A stretch of 64,000 bases of DNA from Novosphingobium sp. (GCA_036400975.1 DASWWL010000110.1:8550-72549); one strand, 5' to 3'. Shown: positions 1 to 10,870, numbered from the stretch's first letter. Notes: generated by a model not told the origin, from the letters alone. Program-made: numbers and translations.

Positions 1-1081
1 CAACCAGCCGAGTCAGGATGCCGGAATCGGACAATAGGGGCGGGGTTCGCGCCGCAGGAATTCGTCCCTCGATTGCAGGTTCGCCGACGATCTGTTCTAT
101 CCGTCCGAAGATCGACTGGCCGCCCGCATCCCGCATCTCGATGGCGACACGATCGCCACTCCGCAGGAACGGCGTCTTCGGCTCGCCATGCAGGATCGTC
201 TCGATCATGCGCAACTCGGCAATGCAGCTGTAACCACGCCCGCCTTCCGCGACCGGCAGTCCCGGTCCGCCCTCCGGCCCACGGTTGGAAACCGTGCCCG
301 AACCGATGATCGCGCCCGCTCCCAAAGGCCGGGTCTTCGCAGCGTGGGCGACAAGATCGGCGAAACCGAAGGTCGCATCCTCGCCTGCCTGCGCACGGCC
401 GAACGAATGTCCGTTGAGATCGACCAGCAAAGGCAAGTGCAGCCTGCCGCCCCGCCACGCGCCGCCCAGTTCGTCGGGCGTGACGGCGATCGGCGAAAAG
501 GCGGAAGGCGGCTTCGACTGGTAGAAACCGAAGCCCTTGGCCAGTTCGCCGGGAATGAGGTTACGCAACGAGACGTCGTTGCAGAGCAGGACCAGCCTGA
601 TGTGCCCCAATGCCTGCTCCGGCGAGACCCCGGAGGGCACGTCACCGGTGATGACGGCGATTTCGCCTTCGAAGTCGCAGCCCCAGGCTTCCTCGACCAG
701 CGGAATCGGATCACGGGGGCCGAGCATCGCATCCGATCCGCCCTGATAGATCAGCGGGTCCGAATAGAAGCTTTCCGGCATGTCGGCGCCCCGCGCCTTG
801 CGGACCAGTTCGACGTGATTGATATAGGCGCTGCCGTCAGCCCACTGATAAGCGCGCGGCAGCGGCGCAGCGCAAGCGGCTTCGTCGAACGGAACGCCGG
901 CAACTTCGCCCGCTTCAAGCCTTTCCCCGAGCTGGCGCAGAGACGGTTCGAGCAAATCCCAGTCGTCGAGCGCAGCCTGGAGCGTCGGCGCGATCGTATC
1001 GGCGTATATGCAACGCGTCAGATCCCGCGAGACTATGACGAGACGGCCATCCCGGCCGGATTTGAGCGAGGCAAGCTTCAT
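1..1081 (-). CDS. Fumarylacetoacetate hydrolase family protein (partial; 3' end lies beyond the left edge)
   Basis: Not in the ORF track because it has no stop in the window. ATG at 1081 overlaps the maiA stop (ATGA). Reads MKLASLKSGRDGRLVIVSRDL..., with YQWADGSAY, DFEGEIAV, NDVSLRNL and IIGSGTVSN motifs. Confidence 0.88.
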   Translation of the reverse strand, partial: MKLASLKSGRDGRLVIVSRDLTRCIYADTIAPTLQAALDDWDLLEPSLRQLGERLEAGEVAGVPFDEAACAAPLPRAYQWADGSAYINHVELVRKARGADMPESFYSDPLIYQGGSDAMLGPRDPIPLVEEAWGCDFEGEIAVITGDVPSGVSPEQALGHIRLVLLCNDVSLRNLIPGELAKGFGFYQSKPPSAFSPIAVTPDELGGAWRGGRLHLPLLVDLNGHSFGRAQAGEDATFGFADLVAHAAKTRPLGAGAIIGSGTVSNRGPEGGPGLPVAEGGRGYSCIAELRMIETILHGEPKTPFLRSGDRVAIEMRDAGGQSIFGRIEQIVGEPAIEGRIPAARTPPLLSDSGILTRLV

Positions 1082-1725
1082 CCTGCCCGCTCCCTCTGGC
1101 TGTCCGACTGATTGTCGGGATGCGCCCGGGCGAAGGCCTGCAGGCCGAGACAGGCGGCCTCGATGCGGCGCATGTGCGGCATCGGCGAGAGGTCGAAGGC
1201 AAAACGGCGCGCGTTGTAGAGCTGGGGAATCAGCACCGCCTCGAAAAGGCCCGGCGTCGCGAACAGGAAATCTTGCGCGCAAAGTTGCTCCAGCCGCTGC
1301 TCGACCGGCAGCAGCGTTCTTCCGAGCCAATGGCGATACCAGGTGTCGATCTCCGCCTGATCGTGGCCAAGCTCGCTCTTCAGGTATTGCAGCACCGGCA
1401 GGTTGAGCGGGGCATGCAACTCGGTCGCGATGGCATAGGCCAGTTCCCGCGCCGAGAACCGGCTTTCCCGATCGGCGGGCAGTAAAGGCGGGTCCGGATA
1501 GCTTTCGTCCAGCCATTCGAGGATCGCCATGGATTGCGCATAGCGCCGCCCTTCCGCCTCCAGCAGCGGCACACCGGCGAAGGGATTGATCGCGCGATAG
1601 GCTGCGCTCCGCTGCGCCCAGGCGCGCAAATCGACCGGCACGATCTCGTAATCGAGACCCTTGAGGTTGAGCGCGATCCGCACCCGGTAGCTCGTCGAGC
1701 TGCGGTAGTAGGCGTAGAGGCGCAT
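1078..1725 (-). CDS. maiA: Maleylacetoacetate isomerase (GST zeta class)
   Basis: N-terminal LYAYYRSSTSYRVRIALNLKG zeta-class motif; Tyr catabolic context. Confidence 0.93.
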   Translation of the reverse strand: MRLYAYYRSSTSYRVRIALNLKGLDYEIVPVDLRAWAQRSAAYRAINPFAGVPLLEAEGRRYAQSMAILEWLDESYPDPPLLPADRESRFSARELAYAIATELHAPLNLPVLQYLKSELGHDQAEIDTWYRHWLGRTLLPVEQRLEQLCAQDFLFATPGLFEAVLIPQLYNARRFAFDLSPMPHMRRIEAACLGLQAFARAHPDNQSDSQRERAG

Positions 1726-2286
1726 TCAGCCTTCTCCCCCGCCCAAGTCATGGAGCCAAGCGGCATGGCGCGGAGCCTTGCGGGTCTGAGACCACTCCTC
1801 GAGCATCATGGGAGCGACGCGGCGCAACTCGTCCATCTGCTCGGGCGTGTGAATGTCGCAGGCCAGTTCGATCCGATGGCCGTTGGGATCGAAGAAATAG
1901 ATCGACTGGAAGATGCCGTGATGCACCGGACCGATCACGTCGAGCCCGCGCGCTTCGGCCCGCGCCCTGGCGGCAAGCAGGCTGTCCATGTCGGCGACCT
2001 TGAAGGCAATGTGCTGAACCCAGCGCGGAGTCGTCACGTCTCGCTGCATCTCCGGTGCGTTCGGCAATTCGAAGAAGGCCAGTACGTTACCGCCGCCGGC
2101 GTCCAGGAAGACATGCATGTAGGGATCCGGCTCGCCGGTCGAAGGCACCTTGTCCTCGGCGATGGCAAGCTCGAAGGCCATGCCCAGGACATCGCGATAG
2201 AACTCGACCGTCTCGCGCGCGTCGCGGCAACGATAGGCGACATGATGAATGCCGCCGAGCACCGGCGGTTTGCCCGGCCCGCTCAT
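1726..2286 (-). CDS. VOC/glyoxalase family protein
   Basis: HHVAYRC, QHIAFKV and [17 protein letters not shown] motifs; ATGA-coupled to hppD. Confidence 0.85.
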   Translation of the reverse strand: MSGPGKPPVLGGIHHVAYRCRDARETVEFYRDVLGMAFELAIAEDKVPSTGEPDPYMHVFLDAGGGNVLAFFELPNAPEMQRDVTTPRWVQHIAFKVADMDSLLAARARAEARGLDVIGPVHHGIFQSIYFFDPNGHRIELACDIHTPEQMDELRRVAPMMLEEWSQTRKAPRHAAWLHDLGGGEG

Positions 2287-3377
2287 TGCGTGACCTCCTG
2301 CAACACATGGCGCCTCAACTGATCGCGCTCCAGGCTTTCGAACAAGGCCTGGAAATTGCCTTCGCCGAAGCCTTCATCGCCGCGCCGCTCGATGAACTCG
2401 AAGAAGACCGGGCCTATCGTCGGTTCCGCGAAAATCTGCAGGAGCAGCCGGGGACCGTCGCCCGCCACCGTCCCGTCCAGCAGGATGCCGCGGGACCGCA
2501 GCGCCCCGATGTCCAGACCATGCCCCGGCAGGCGCTCCTCGACCATGTCGTAATAGGTATCGGGCGGCGGGGGCATGAAGGGCACGCCGGCATCTTTCAG
2601 CCGGTCACACACCTCGGCAAGATCATCGCAGGCGAAGGCGATGTGCTGGATGCCTTCGCCATTGAAGCGCCGCAGGAACTCGTCGATCTGGCCATGGCCG
2701 CGCTCGCCTTCTTCGTTCAGCGGAATGCGTATCCTGCCGTCGGGCGCAGTCAGTGCGCGCGAGGTCAGGCCGGTATGTTCGCCCTTGATATCGAAGTGCC
2801 GGATTTCCCGGAAGTTGAAGAGCTTTTCATAATAGCCGGCCCAATAGGCCATTCGCCCGCCATAAACGTTATGCGTCAGGTGATCGATCCGGCGCAGGCC
2901 CGCGCCCGCCGGATGGCGGTCCTCACCGGGAAGGTAAGCGAAATCGATGTCGTAGATCGAAAGCGCGCCGTCGCACTCGCTCTCATAGCGGTCGACCAGA
3001 TAGACGATCGCGCCGCCGATCCCCCTGATCGCGGGCAGATGCAATTCCATCGGGCCGGTCTCGACCAGTACGGGTTCGGCCGAACGTGCGAGCAATTCAG
3101 CATAGGCGCGATGCGCGTCCCTGACGCGGAATGCCATGCCGCAGGCGCTTGGCCCATGCTCGCGCGCGAAGTAGCTGGCCGGGGATCCCGGCTCATAATT
3201 CGTGACGAGATTGATCTCGCCCTGCCGCCAGAGCTCAACGTCCTTAGAGCGGTGCCGGGCGATGCGGCGGAAACCCATGGCCGCGAAGACGGGTTCGAGC
3301 AGGCCCTTTTCCGGCGCGGAGAATTCGACGAACTCGAAGCCGTCGAGGCCGATGGGATTGGTGAATAGCGTGGTCAT
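2283..3377 (-). CDS. hppD: 4-hydroxyphenylpyruvate dioxygenase
   Basis: [54 protein letters not shown]. Start moved to MTTLF (3377), overlapping the phhA stop. Confidence 0.96.
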   Translation of the reverse strand: MTTLFTNPIGLDGFEFVEFSAPEKGLLEPVFAAMGFRRIARHRSKDVELWRQGEINLVTNYEPGSPASYFAREHGPSACGMAFRVRDAHRAYAELLARSAEPVLVETGPMELHLPAIRGIGGAIVYLVDRYESECDGALSIYDIDFAYLPGEDRHPAGAGLRRIDHLTHNVYGGRMAYWAGYYEKLFNFREIRHFDIKGEHTGLTSRALTAPDGRIRIPLNEEGERGHGQIDEFLRRFNGEGIQHIAFACDDLAEVCDRLKDAGVPFMPPPPDTYYDMVEERLPGHGLDIGALRSRGILLDGTVAGDGPRLLLQIFAEPTIGPVFFEFIERRGDEGFGEGNFQALFESLERDQLRRHVLQEVTQ

Positions 3378-4246
3378 CCGCCATTCTCCATCGGAACGAC
3401 TATCTTGTAGATGCGATCGCCAGGCTGATGTTTTCCGGGCGGGAGCGGCGGAGAATCGCGCCACTTTTGATAGATTGGGCCGAAATCGAGGGAGACCAGT
3501 TCGGAAAGCAGGCGATCCAGACTATCGAGAACGAAGTAGCAGCTCTGGAACGTGTCGATGTTATAAGCGGTGCGCATGATCCGCACCGGATCGAAGCGCA
3601 GCCGCATCACGTCCGGATTCTCGACGCTGTAGACGATCTCCCCGGCCGAGGAGACGAGCCCGGCGCCGAAAGCCCGCAGGCCGCGGCCTTCGTCGATCAG
3701 GCCGAACTCGACCGTGTACCAGTATATCCGGGCCAGCATATCGAGCGCGCCCATGGCCATCGCGCGTTCTCCCGCACGGCCATAAGCGGTCATGAAATCG
3801 GCGAAAGCCGGGTCTAGCAGCATCGGCACGTGGCCGAAGAAATCATGGAAGACGTCCGGCTCGACGAGGTAGTCCAGCTCATGCTCCTCGCGCAGCCAGC
3901 CGGTTACCGGAAAACGGCGGCCGGCAAGGTGATCGAAGAAAACCTCGTCGGGAATGAAACCGGGCACGGCGACCAGCCGCCAGCCGGTGGCCGGCCGCAG
4001 CACATCGTTTGCCTCGTCGAAGCGGGGAATGCGGTCGGCGCAATCGAGCCGGGCCAGGCCGGCGAGGAACCGGGAGGAAGCATGGCGCTGCGCCAGCGCA
4101 CTCTGGCGGGCATGGAGCCGCCGCCAGCGATCGTGCATCTCTGGACGGTAGGCCGTCCAGTCCTGCGTGATCGTATAATCGGCGCCAGCCGCTTCATAAT
4201 TGCCACGAAGACCGCTGGCGCTCTTGGCGGAGCCAGGTCGTTGCAT
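3374..4246 (-). CDS. phhA: Phenylalanine 4-monooxygenase
   Basis: [38 protein letters not shown] motifs. Start (MQRPG) is approximate. Confidence 0.95.
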   Translation of the reverse strand: MQRPGSAKSASGLRGNYEAAGADYTITQDWTAYRPEMHDRWRRLHARQSALAQRHASSRFLAGLARLDCADRIPRFDEANDVLRPATGWRLVAVPGFIPDEVFFDHLAGRRFPVTGWLREEHELDYLVEPDVFHDFFGHVPMLLDPAFADFMTAYGRAGERAMAMGALDMLARIYWYTVEFGLIDEGRGLRAFGAGLVSSAGEIVYSVENPDVMRLRFDPVRIMRTAYNIDTFQSCYFVLDSLDRLLSELVSLDFGPIYQKWRDSPPLPPGKHQPGDRIYKIVVPMENGG

Positions 4247-4353
4247 GTCATGAAGATACCACCGATCGGACGCGATTTTCGTGCAAATCACTGCATTGGA
4301 AGAGGACCATAATAGTGGTATCCTCTATAAATAATCATCAATTGAGTGAAATC

Positions 4354-4815
4354 ATGCCCATCGACACTTTCGACCGCCAGATCATCACTGCGCTGCAGGA
4401 AGACGGCAGGATGCCGATCGCCAACCTCGCCGACCGGGTCTCGCTATCCGCGACACCGGTCAGCCGCAGGCTGAAGCGGCTGGAAGAGGAAGGCTACATT
4501 CGGGGTTACGCGCCGATCCTCGACTTGCGCAAGCTGGGTTTCGAACTTGACGCTTATGTGCTGGTCAACCTGCAGATCCACAACGACGAGAACATCGACC
4601 GGTTCGAACGCGAGATCCTGGCGAATCCCTGCATCGTGTCGTGCCATTCGGTGACCGGCGACATGGACTACCTGCTCCACGTGATTGCACGCGATGTCGA
4701 TCATCTCAACCAGTCGACGCTCAAGATGCTCGTCCGCATTCCCGGCGTGCGCGACGTGAAGTCGATCATCGCGCTTGAGGCGGTGAAGCCCCTCCAGTCG
4801 GTGCCGCTCGGCTAA
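4354..4815 (+). CDS. Lrp/AsnC family transcriptional regulator
   Basis: DRQIITALQEDGRMPIANLADRVSLS HTH and VTGDMDYLLHV AsnC domain; divergent from phhA across an AT-rich gap. Confidence 0.93.
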   Translation: MPIDTFDRQIITALQEDGRMPIANLADRVSLSATPVSRRLKRLEEEGYIRGYAPILDLRKLGFELDAYVLVNLQIHNDENIDRFEREILANPCIVSCHSVTGDMDYLLHVIARDVDHLNQSTLKMLVRIPGVRDVKSIIALEAVKPLQSVPLG

Positions 4816-5046
4816 CACGGGCTCCGATAACGGGACACAGTCTCTTTTCCCGATCCCTCGCCGGGACAGCTTTCGCGATCGCGCCGAAAGGTATATCATG
4901 CGCGCACCGCCATGAGGGCGTACTCGCGCCGAAGGACATGCTCATTTGCACCGCAAGGCGAAAATCGTGAGCATGATCCCGCAAGAGTAAAGAAAAACGG
5001 CGCAGATCGACGCTTCATCATGGCGAAAGCCAGGAGGATGCGATCC

Positions 5047-5847
5047 ATGACAATAGCTCGTCCCGCTCAACGGTTTCCGGCCCAGAAGGAAATCGAGATC
5101 CGCAGACTGGAATTGCACGATCTTCGGATAGCCCTTGTTCAGGGCTGGGACGATTTTCTGCACAAACGCGGTGATCTGGTCTTTATCGGGTTCATTTATC
5201 CTGTCGCGATCGTGCTCGCCGGCATCTACGCCTATCAGGCCTCGGTTCTGCCGCTGATCTTCCCGTTGGTCGCCGGATCGGTTTTCTTCGGACCGACAGT
5301 CGCCAGCGGTTTTTACGAACTGGCGCGCCGGCGCGAACTGGGCCTCGATACGCGCTGGCGACATTTCCTGGACGTCGTGCGCGGCCCCGCCGCACTGTCC
5401 TTCTTCAGCCTGACGAGCGTTCTCGTCCTCGTGTTCATCGCCTGGATCATCAGCGCATGGCTTATCTATGCGAAGACCCTGGGCGCGCAGATGCCCGATG
5501 CGGCCGCCACGACCGCCGGGTTCCTGCATACGGTGCTCACCACATTCGAAGGCTGGCGAATGATGATCGTCGGCAACGTCGTCGGCCTGGGCTTCGCCCT
5601 CCTGACGCTTGCCATCAGCGTCGTCTCCTTCCCGATGATCGTCGACAAGCCGGTCGGCTGGAGCACCGCCCTGCAAACGTCATTCCGCGTCGCCTGGCAC
5701 AATCCGGTCACGATTGCGGCATGGGGGCTGATCGTCGTCGGCTTGCTGGTGCTGGGCACGCTGCCGGCATTCGTCGGCCTGGCGGTCGTACTGCCCGTGC
5801 TGGGATATGCGACCTGGCATCTCTACACGCGCGCGGTCGTTCGCTGA
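5047..5847 (+). CDS. DUF2189-type integral membrane protein
   Basis: Multi-TM; GPTVASGFYELARRRE and ISVVSFPMIVD motifs; AGGAGG RBS before ATG 5047. Confidence 0.75.
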   Translation: MTIARPAQRFPAQKEIEIRRLELHDLRIALVQGWDDFLHKRGDLVFIGFIYPVAIVLAGIYAYQASVLPLIFPLVAGSVFFGPTVASGFYELARRRELGLDTRWRHFLDVVRGPAALSFFSLTSVLVLVFIAWIISAWLIYAKTLGAQMPDAAATTAGFLHTVLTTFEGWRMMIVGNVVGLGFALLTLAISVVSFPMIVDKPVGWSTALQTSFRVAWHNPVTIAAWGLIVVGLLVLGTLPAFVGLAVVLPVLGYATWHLYTRAVVR

Positions 5848-5880
5848 AAGACAAAGCTGACCGTTACCCGATGGCGCGCT

Positions 5881-6558
5881 TCACGGTTTCCCGCCCGGCT
5901 CGGCCGGGTGGGGCTGTGGCAGCGGAAGCGGACGGTCGTTGAGCGTGGCCAGATACTTGATGATGGCCGCGCGGTCTTCCGGGCGGCGCAGGCCGGCGAA
6001 GCTCATCTTCGTGCCGGGAACCTCCCTCGCCGGCGAGCCGAGATAGGCGAAGAGCGCATCGTATCCCCACCCTCCCGGATGCGCGATCATCGCCGGCGAA
6101 TATGCGAAGCCCGAGACAGAGGCGACGTCACGTCCCACGACACCCCACAGATTGGGCCCGATGCGATTTGGCCCGCCCTTCTGGAAATCATGGCAGCTCA
6201 TGCAGACGCGGGCCTTCTGCTGTCCGGCGCCGGCGTCGGCCTGCGCCAGCAGCGTACCGAGGTCTAGCGGCACCGACGGCGCCACGGCTCCAACGGCGGC
6301 TATCGGCGCGGTTCCATGCATGTCGTGCTGATAAGCGACCAGCCGATTGCGTTCTTCCACGTCGCCGAGGTTGGCCGGCCAGCCCCGCTGCACCGAGGCG
6401 AGATCGATGCGCGGCGGCATGTGTTCGACCGGCTTGTAGGCCAGCTCTCCCGGGTGAGCTTCGGGATAGAGCTGGTCCAGGAACCAGCTTACGCCGATCA
6501 TGAGGGTCAGACTGACCGCGACGGTCGCGCCGGCCGCCATCCATTGCCCGCGCTTCAT
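5881..6558 (-). CDS. Membrane-anchored class I cytochrome c
   Basis: N-terminal TM, CMSCH heme motif, GPNLWGVVGR, PGTKMSFAGL. Confidence 0.92.
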   Translation of the reverse strand: MKRGQWMAAGATVAVSLTLMIGVSWFLDQLYPEAHPGELAYKPVEHMPPRIDLASVQRGWPANLGDVEERNRLVAYQHDMHGTAPIAAVGAVAPSVPLDLGTLLAQADAGAGQQKARVCMSCHDFQKGGPNRIGPNLWGVVGRDVASVSGFAYSPAMIAHPGGWGYDALFAYLGSPAREVPGTKMSFAGLRRPEDRAAIIKYLATLNDRPLPLPQPHPAEPGGKP

Positions 6559-6561
6559 GGC

Positions 6562-6918
6562 TCAGCCCCCACCGCCCAGGAAGATCGCCCGGGTCCAATA
6601 GGTATAGTCCGATTCGATCAGCATGATGCGGATCAACACCAGCAGCACCAGCGGCGGCACCAGTATCGCATAGATCAGGGAAAGCCGCTCCCAGGCCATA
6701 TGCATGAAGATCGACACGATCAGCCCGGCCTTGAGCAGCATGAAGACCACGATCAGCGTCCAGCGCAGGATGCCCTGAACGTGGAAGTAGTCGACAAGGT
6801 AGGACAGAGTGCTGAGAACGAAGAGATAACCCCACACCTTGAGGTAGAGGCCGATAGGATGCTGCTGGCCGCTACCGTGGCCGGAAGCCTCTTGCTGGGC
6901 GGAAATGGGATCGTGCAT
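6562..6918 (-). CDS. Cytochrome c oxidase subunit IV family (CoxQ-like)
   Basis: YLKVWGYLFVLS and KAGLIVSIFMHMAWER; three TM helices; operon position. Confidence 0.82.
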   Translation of the reverse strand: MHDPISAQQEASGHGSGQQHPIGLYLKVWGYLFVLSTLSYLVDYFHVQGILRWTLIVVFMLLKAGLIVSIFMHMAWERLSLIYAILVPPLVLLVLIRIMLIESDYTYWTRAIFLGGGG

Positions 6919-6934
6919 CGGCCGCACCCTTCGT

Positions 6935-7630
6935 TCACCAGAGATAGAAAAAGGCGAAAATGAATACCCAGACGAGATCCACGAAGTGCCAGTAGAGTCC
7001 GGCGATCTCGACCGCCGAATAATCGCCCGCCGCGTCATAGTGTCCCCGCAGGACCTTCGAGGCGACGACCAGCAACAGGATGACGCCGCAAGTCACATGC
7101 AGACCGTGAAAGCCGGTGATCATGAAGAACGAGGCGCCGAATTGGGGGGCGCCCATGGGATTGCCCCAGGGACGCACGCCTTCCTCAACGATCAGCTTGG
7201 TCCATTCGAAGGCTTGCATGCCGACGAACATCGCGCCGAAAAGGGCCGTCACGAACATCAGCGCGGCCGTTTTCCGGCGATCGCGCCGATAGCCGAAGTT
7301 GACCGCCATCGCCATCGTGCCGCTCGAGCTGATCAGCACGAAAGTCATGATCGCGATAAGGATGAGCGGGATGGATTGCCCCCCGATCGTCAGCGCGAAG
7401 ACTTCGGCGGTATTGGGCCAGGGAAGCGTCGCCGAGGCGCGCATCACCATGTAGGAAGTCAGGAAACAGGAAAAGATGAAGGTATCGCTGAGCAGGAATA
7501 TCCACATCATCGCCTTGCCCCAGTGGGTATGACGGAAGACTTCCTGATCGGCCGACCAGTCGGCGGCGATCGCGCCCATGCCCCCAGGGGCATTTTCGTG
7601 GCTCTCTTTCTCCATCAGCAATTGCGACAT
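6935..7630 (-). CDS. coxP: Heme-copper oxidase subunit III (CoxP-like)
   Basis: WIFLLSDTFIF, FFMITGFHGLHV, GLYWHFVDLVWVFIF. Confidence 0.88.
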   Translation of the reverse strand: MSQLLMEKESHENAPGGMGAIAADWSADQEVFRHTHWGKAMMWIFLLSDTFIFSCFLTSYMVMRASATLPWPNTAEVFALTIGGQSIPLILIAIMTFVLISSSGTMAMAVNFGYRRDRRKTAALMFVTALFGAMFVGMQAFEWTKLIVEEGVRPWGNPMGAPQFGASFFMITGFHGLHVTCGVILLLVVASKVLRGHYDAAGDYSAVEIAGLYWHFVDLVWVFIFAFFYLW

Positions 7631-7653
7631 GGCGATATCATCCCGCCTTGTTT

Positions 7654-8286
7654 TCAGGTCGACACCAGCAACCCCACCAGAACGATCCAGACCAGCAACA
7701 GGAAATGCCAGTAAAGCGCGCAAAGCCCGACATTGCGCAGCGCATGGCGGCTGACGCCTTCATCGCCCAGCCGGGCCAGCACGCGCGCGGCGGCCACCAG
7801 ACCGCCGGCCAGATGCACGCCGTGCAATCCCGTCAGCAGATAGAAGAAGGCATTGGCCGGATTGGCCGAAGCGAAGTAGCCCGCCGCCTGGTAATGCCGC
7901 CAGAGCAGGATTTGCCCGAAGAGAAACGCCAGTCCCAGCAAGCCGCCGGTCACGCTCGCCAGCCGGACCCGCCGCAGTTCGTCCGGCGCGCGGCGCGCGG
8001 CTTCCCAGGCCGCACTGCTCGCGATGAGGATCCCCGTGTTGATCCAAAGCAGCATAGGCTCGGGCATGGGCCGCCAGTCGGCCACCATGCCGTGTTCCAT
8101 CGCGCCCGCCATGCCCATTCGCATGACATAGGCCGTCACCAGCAACGAGAAGGCGACGCTCGCGACGGCAAGATAGGCGACGAGGCCGACCGTCGTTGCA
8201 GCCGGGCGGTAATCCTCCGGCTCGCCGAAATCCTGCGCTCCGGGCGTCTGCCAGCTTTTCTCTGCAAGGCGGCTGAGCAGGCTCAC
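7654..8286 (-). CDS. coxO: Heme-copper oxidase subunit III (CoxO-like)
   Basis: AFFYLLTGLHGVHL and LYWHFLLLVW; GTG at 8286 overlaps the subunit I stop (GTGA). Confidence 0.85.
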   Translation of the reverse strand: MSLLSRLAEKSWQTPGAQDFGEPEDYRPAATTVGLVAYLAVASVAFSLLVTAYVMRMGMAGAMEHGMVADWRPMPEPMLLWINTGILIASSAAWEAARRAPDELRRVRLASVTGGLLGLAFLFGQILLWRHYQAAGYFASANPANAFFYLLTGLHGVHLAGGLVAAARVLARLGDEGVSRHALRNVGLCALYWHFLLLVWIVLVGLLVST

Positions 8287-10001
8287 GAGGGCGGCTCGTT
8301 CTGCGGGATGAAGTCGCGCGCGGCGCCGGGCACGCTGTAATCGTAGGCCCAGCGATAGACGACGGGAAGCCTGGGCCCCCAGTTGCCGTGATGCGGTGGC
8401 GTATCGGGCGTCTGCCATTCCAGGCTCGCCGCCCCCCATGGGTTGGGATCGGCCTTGGGCCCGCGGAACCAGCTCCAGATCATGTTGTAGAAGAAAAGCC
8501 CCTGGGACAGGAACACGACGATCGCCGCGACCGAGATCGCCTGGTTGGCGAGATGGACGGAATCAGGAATGAATCCGGTCTCCCCCAGCGCATAGTAGCG
8601 GCGCGGCACGCCCAGGACGCCAAGGTAGTGCATGGGCAGATAGATCACATAGACGCCCAGGAACGTCAGCCAGAAGTGAAGCTTGCCCAGCCTCTCGTTC
8701 CACATCCGACCGGTGATCTTCGGATACCAGTGATAGATCGCCCCGAAGATCACCAGGATCGGCGAAACCCCCATGACCATATGGAAGTGGGCGACTACGA
8801 AGAAAGTGTCGGAAAGCGGCACATCGACGCTGACGTTGCCCAGGAACAAGCCGGTCAGCCCGCCGTGGATGAATGTGAAGATGAAGGCGATGGCGAAGAG
8901 CATCGGCACCCGCAGGTGGATGTCCCCCCGCCACAGCGTCAACAGCCAGTTGTAGACCTTGATCGCCGTCGGAATGGCGATGACCAGCGTCGATACGGCG
9001 AAGAAGAACCCGAAGTAGGGGTTCATCCCGCTGACGTACATGTGATGCGCCCATACGATGAAGCTCAGCGCCCCGATGATGACGATCGCCCAGACCATCA
9101 TGCGGTAACCGAAGATATTGCGCCGCGCATGCACGCTGATCAGGTCGGAAACGATGCCGAAGGCGGGCAGCGCGACGATGTAGACCTCGGGATGGCCGAA
9201 GAACCAGAACAGGTGCTGGAACAGGATCGGACTGCCGCCGACCGTGCCGGCGGTCTGCCCCATCGTCTGCATCGCCGGCATGAAGAAGCTCGATCCCACC
9301 AGATGGTCGAGCAACATCATGATCGCCGCGACGAACAGCGCGGGAAAGGCCAGTAGGCCCATGATCGAAGCGGTGAAGATGCCCCAGACCGACAAGGGCA
9401 TGCGCATCAGCGTCATGCCCTTGGTCCGCGCCTGAAGCACGGTCGTCACATAATTGAGACCGCCCATGGTGAAGGCGATGATGAAGATCGCCAGGCTGAC
9501 GAGCATCGTGATGATGCCCCATTCGTGGCCCGGCGTGCCCTCGCTGATGGCCTGCGGCGGATAGAGCGTCCAGCCCGCCCCGGTCGGTCCGCCCGGCACG
9601 AAGAAGCCGGCGACAAGCACGAGAACCGACAGCAGGTAGAACCAGTAGCTCAGCATGTTGACGAAGGGGAACACCATGTCCCGCGCGCCGATCATCAGCG
9701 GGATCAGGTAGTTGCCGAAACCTCCGAGCAGCAGCGCGGTAAGCAGATAGACGACCATGATCATGCCGTGCATCGAGACATACTGGAGATAATTCTCCGG
9801 CTGGATCGCCGGGAAAAGGCCCGGAAAGCCAAGCTGGAGCCGCATCAGCACCGATAGCACCAGCGCCACGAGGCCAATGGCGATCGCCGTCAGGCCGTAC
9901 TGGATGGCGATGACCTTATGATCCTGGCTCCAAACGTACTTGCCGACCCAGCTTCGGGGATGATGCAGCGGCCTCAGGTCGTCGGCCAGAGTGGTAGCCA
10001 T
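8283..10001 (-). CDS. coxN: Cytochrome c oxidase subunit I (CoxN-like)
   Basis: WFFGHPEVY, VWAHHMY, VVAHFHMV ligand motifs; ATG at 10001 overlaps the subunit II stop (TGATG). Confidence 0.95.
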   Translation of the reverse strand: MATTLADDLRPLHHPRSWVGKYVWSQDHKVIAIQYGLTAIAIGLVALVLSVLMRLQLGFPGLFPAIQPENYLQYVSMHGMIMVVYLLTALLLGGFGNYLIPLMIGARDMVFPFVNMLSYWFYLLSVLVLVAGFFVPGGPTGAGWTLYPPQAISEGTPGHEWGIITMLVSLAIFIIAFTMGGLNYVTTVLQARTKGMTLMRMPLSVWGIFTASIMGLLAFPALFVAAIMMLLDHLVGSSFFMPAMQTMGQTAGTVGGSPILFQHLFWFFGHPEVYIVALPAFGIVSDLISVHARRNIFGYRMMVWAIVIIGALSFIVWAHHMYVSGMNPYFGFFFAVSTLVIAIPTAIKVYNWLLTLWRGDIHLRVPMLFAIAFIFTFIHGGLTGLFLGNVSVDVPLSDTFFVVAHFHMVMGVSPILVIFGAIYHWYPKITGRMWNERLGKLHFWLTFLGVYVIYLPMHYLGVLGVPRRYYALGETGFIPDSVHLANQAISVAAIVVFLSQGLFFYNMIWSWFRGPKADPNPWGAASLEWQTPDTPPHHGNWGPRLPVVYRWAYDYSVPGAARDFIPQNEPPS

Positions 10002-10870
10002 CAGCGAGTCCTCTCCAGAGCGGGCGAAGTGCAGACGTTGGCGGTATCGAACAAGGCTGTGCGCGCAGCCGGCGTGGCTTCGGCTAACAATTGCCCGAAG
10101 CTGCTTTGCTGGGCGAGCCAGACGTCGAAGTCGCGCGGCGAGTCGACAACGACGGTCCCGCGCATCTCGTGATGTCCGACGCCGCAAAGCTCCGCGCAGA
10201 GGATGTCGAACTTGCCCTTGCGCGTGGGCGTCATCCAGAAATAAGTGACGAGCCCCGGCACCAGATCCATCTTCGCGCGGAACTCGGGCACGTAGAAATC
10301 GTGCAGCACGTCCTTGGAACGCAGCACCATCTTCACCGGCCTGCCCAGCGGCAAGTGCAGTTCGTTGGTCTCGACCAGGATGTCGTCGCGCCCGAAAGGG
10401 TCGAGCGGATCGAGGCCGAACGTGTTGTCGGGAGTCATGTGCTTGATCCCGGCCGCGCCCAGCACTCCATCGGGACCCGGCAGGCGGAAGGACCATTGCC
10501 ATTGCTGCCCCAGCGCCTCGACGATGGCCGCATCACGGGGAACGTTCACATATTTCCCCCAGGCGATCAGGCCCGGCGCCAGCATGCCGATGATCCCGAT
10601 CGCCGTCCAGAACGTCAGCCGCTTCTCCAGGCTCGTGTTCTCGGGCTCGTAATGCGCGCGATGGCCGGGGCGATGGCGGTAGCGCATCAGTGAATGGGCA
10701 AGGAACAGGTTGAGCAGGACGAAAGCCGTGGCGCAGATCCACAAAGTGATGTCCAAAGCCGAATCGATCGAACCCCAGTTCGACGCGATCGGCGTCCGCC
10801 ACCACGGGCTGAGCAGATGAAAAGCAATTGACCCCAGCACGAGCAGCGCGATCGCGATCGCTACCGGCAT
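10001..10870 (-). CDS. coxM: Cytochrome c oxidase subunit II (CoxM-like)
   Basis: DVLHDF and CAELCGVGHHEM CuA motifs; GQQWQW; GGAGG RBS before MPVAI. Confidence 0.94.
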   Translation of the reverse strand: MPVAIAIALLVLGSIAFHLLSPWWRTPIASNWGSIDSALDITLWICATAFVLLNLFLAHSLMRYRHRPGHRAHYEPENTSLEKRLTFWTAIGIIGMLAPGLIAWGKYVNVPRDAAIVEALGQQWQWSFRLPGPDGVLGAAGIKHMTPDNTFGLDPLDPFGRDDILVETNELHLPLGRPVKMVLRSKDVLHDFYVPEFRAKMDLVPGLVTYFWMTPTRKGKFDILCAELCGVGHHEMRGTVVVDSPRDFDVWLAQQSSFGQLLAEATPAARTALFDTANVCTSPALERTR

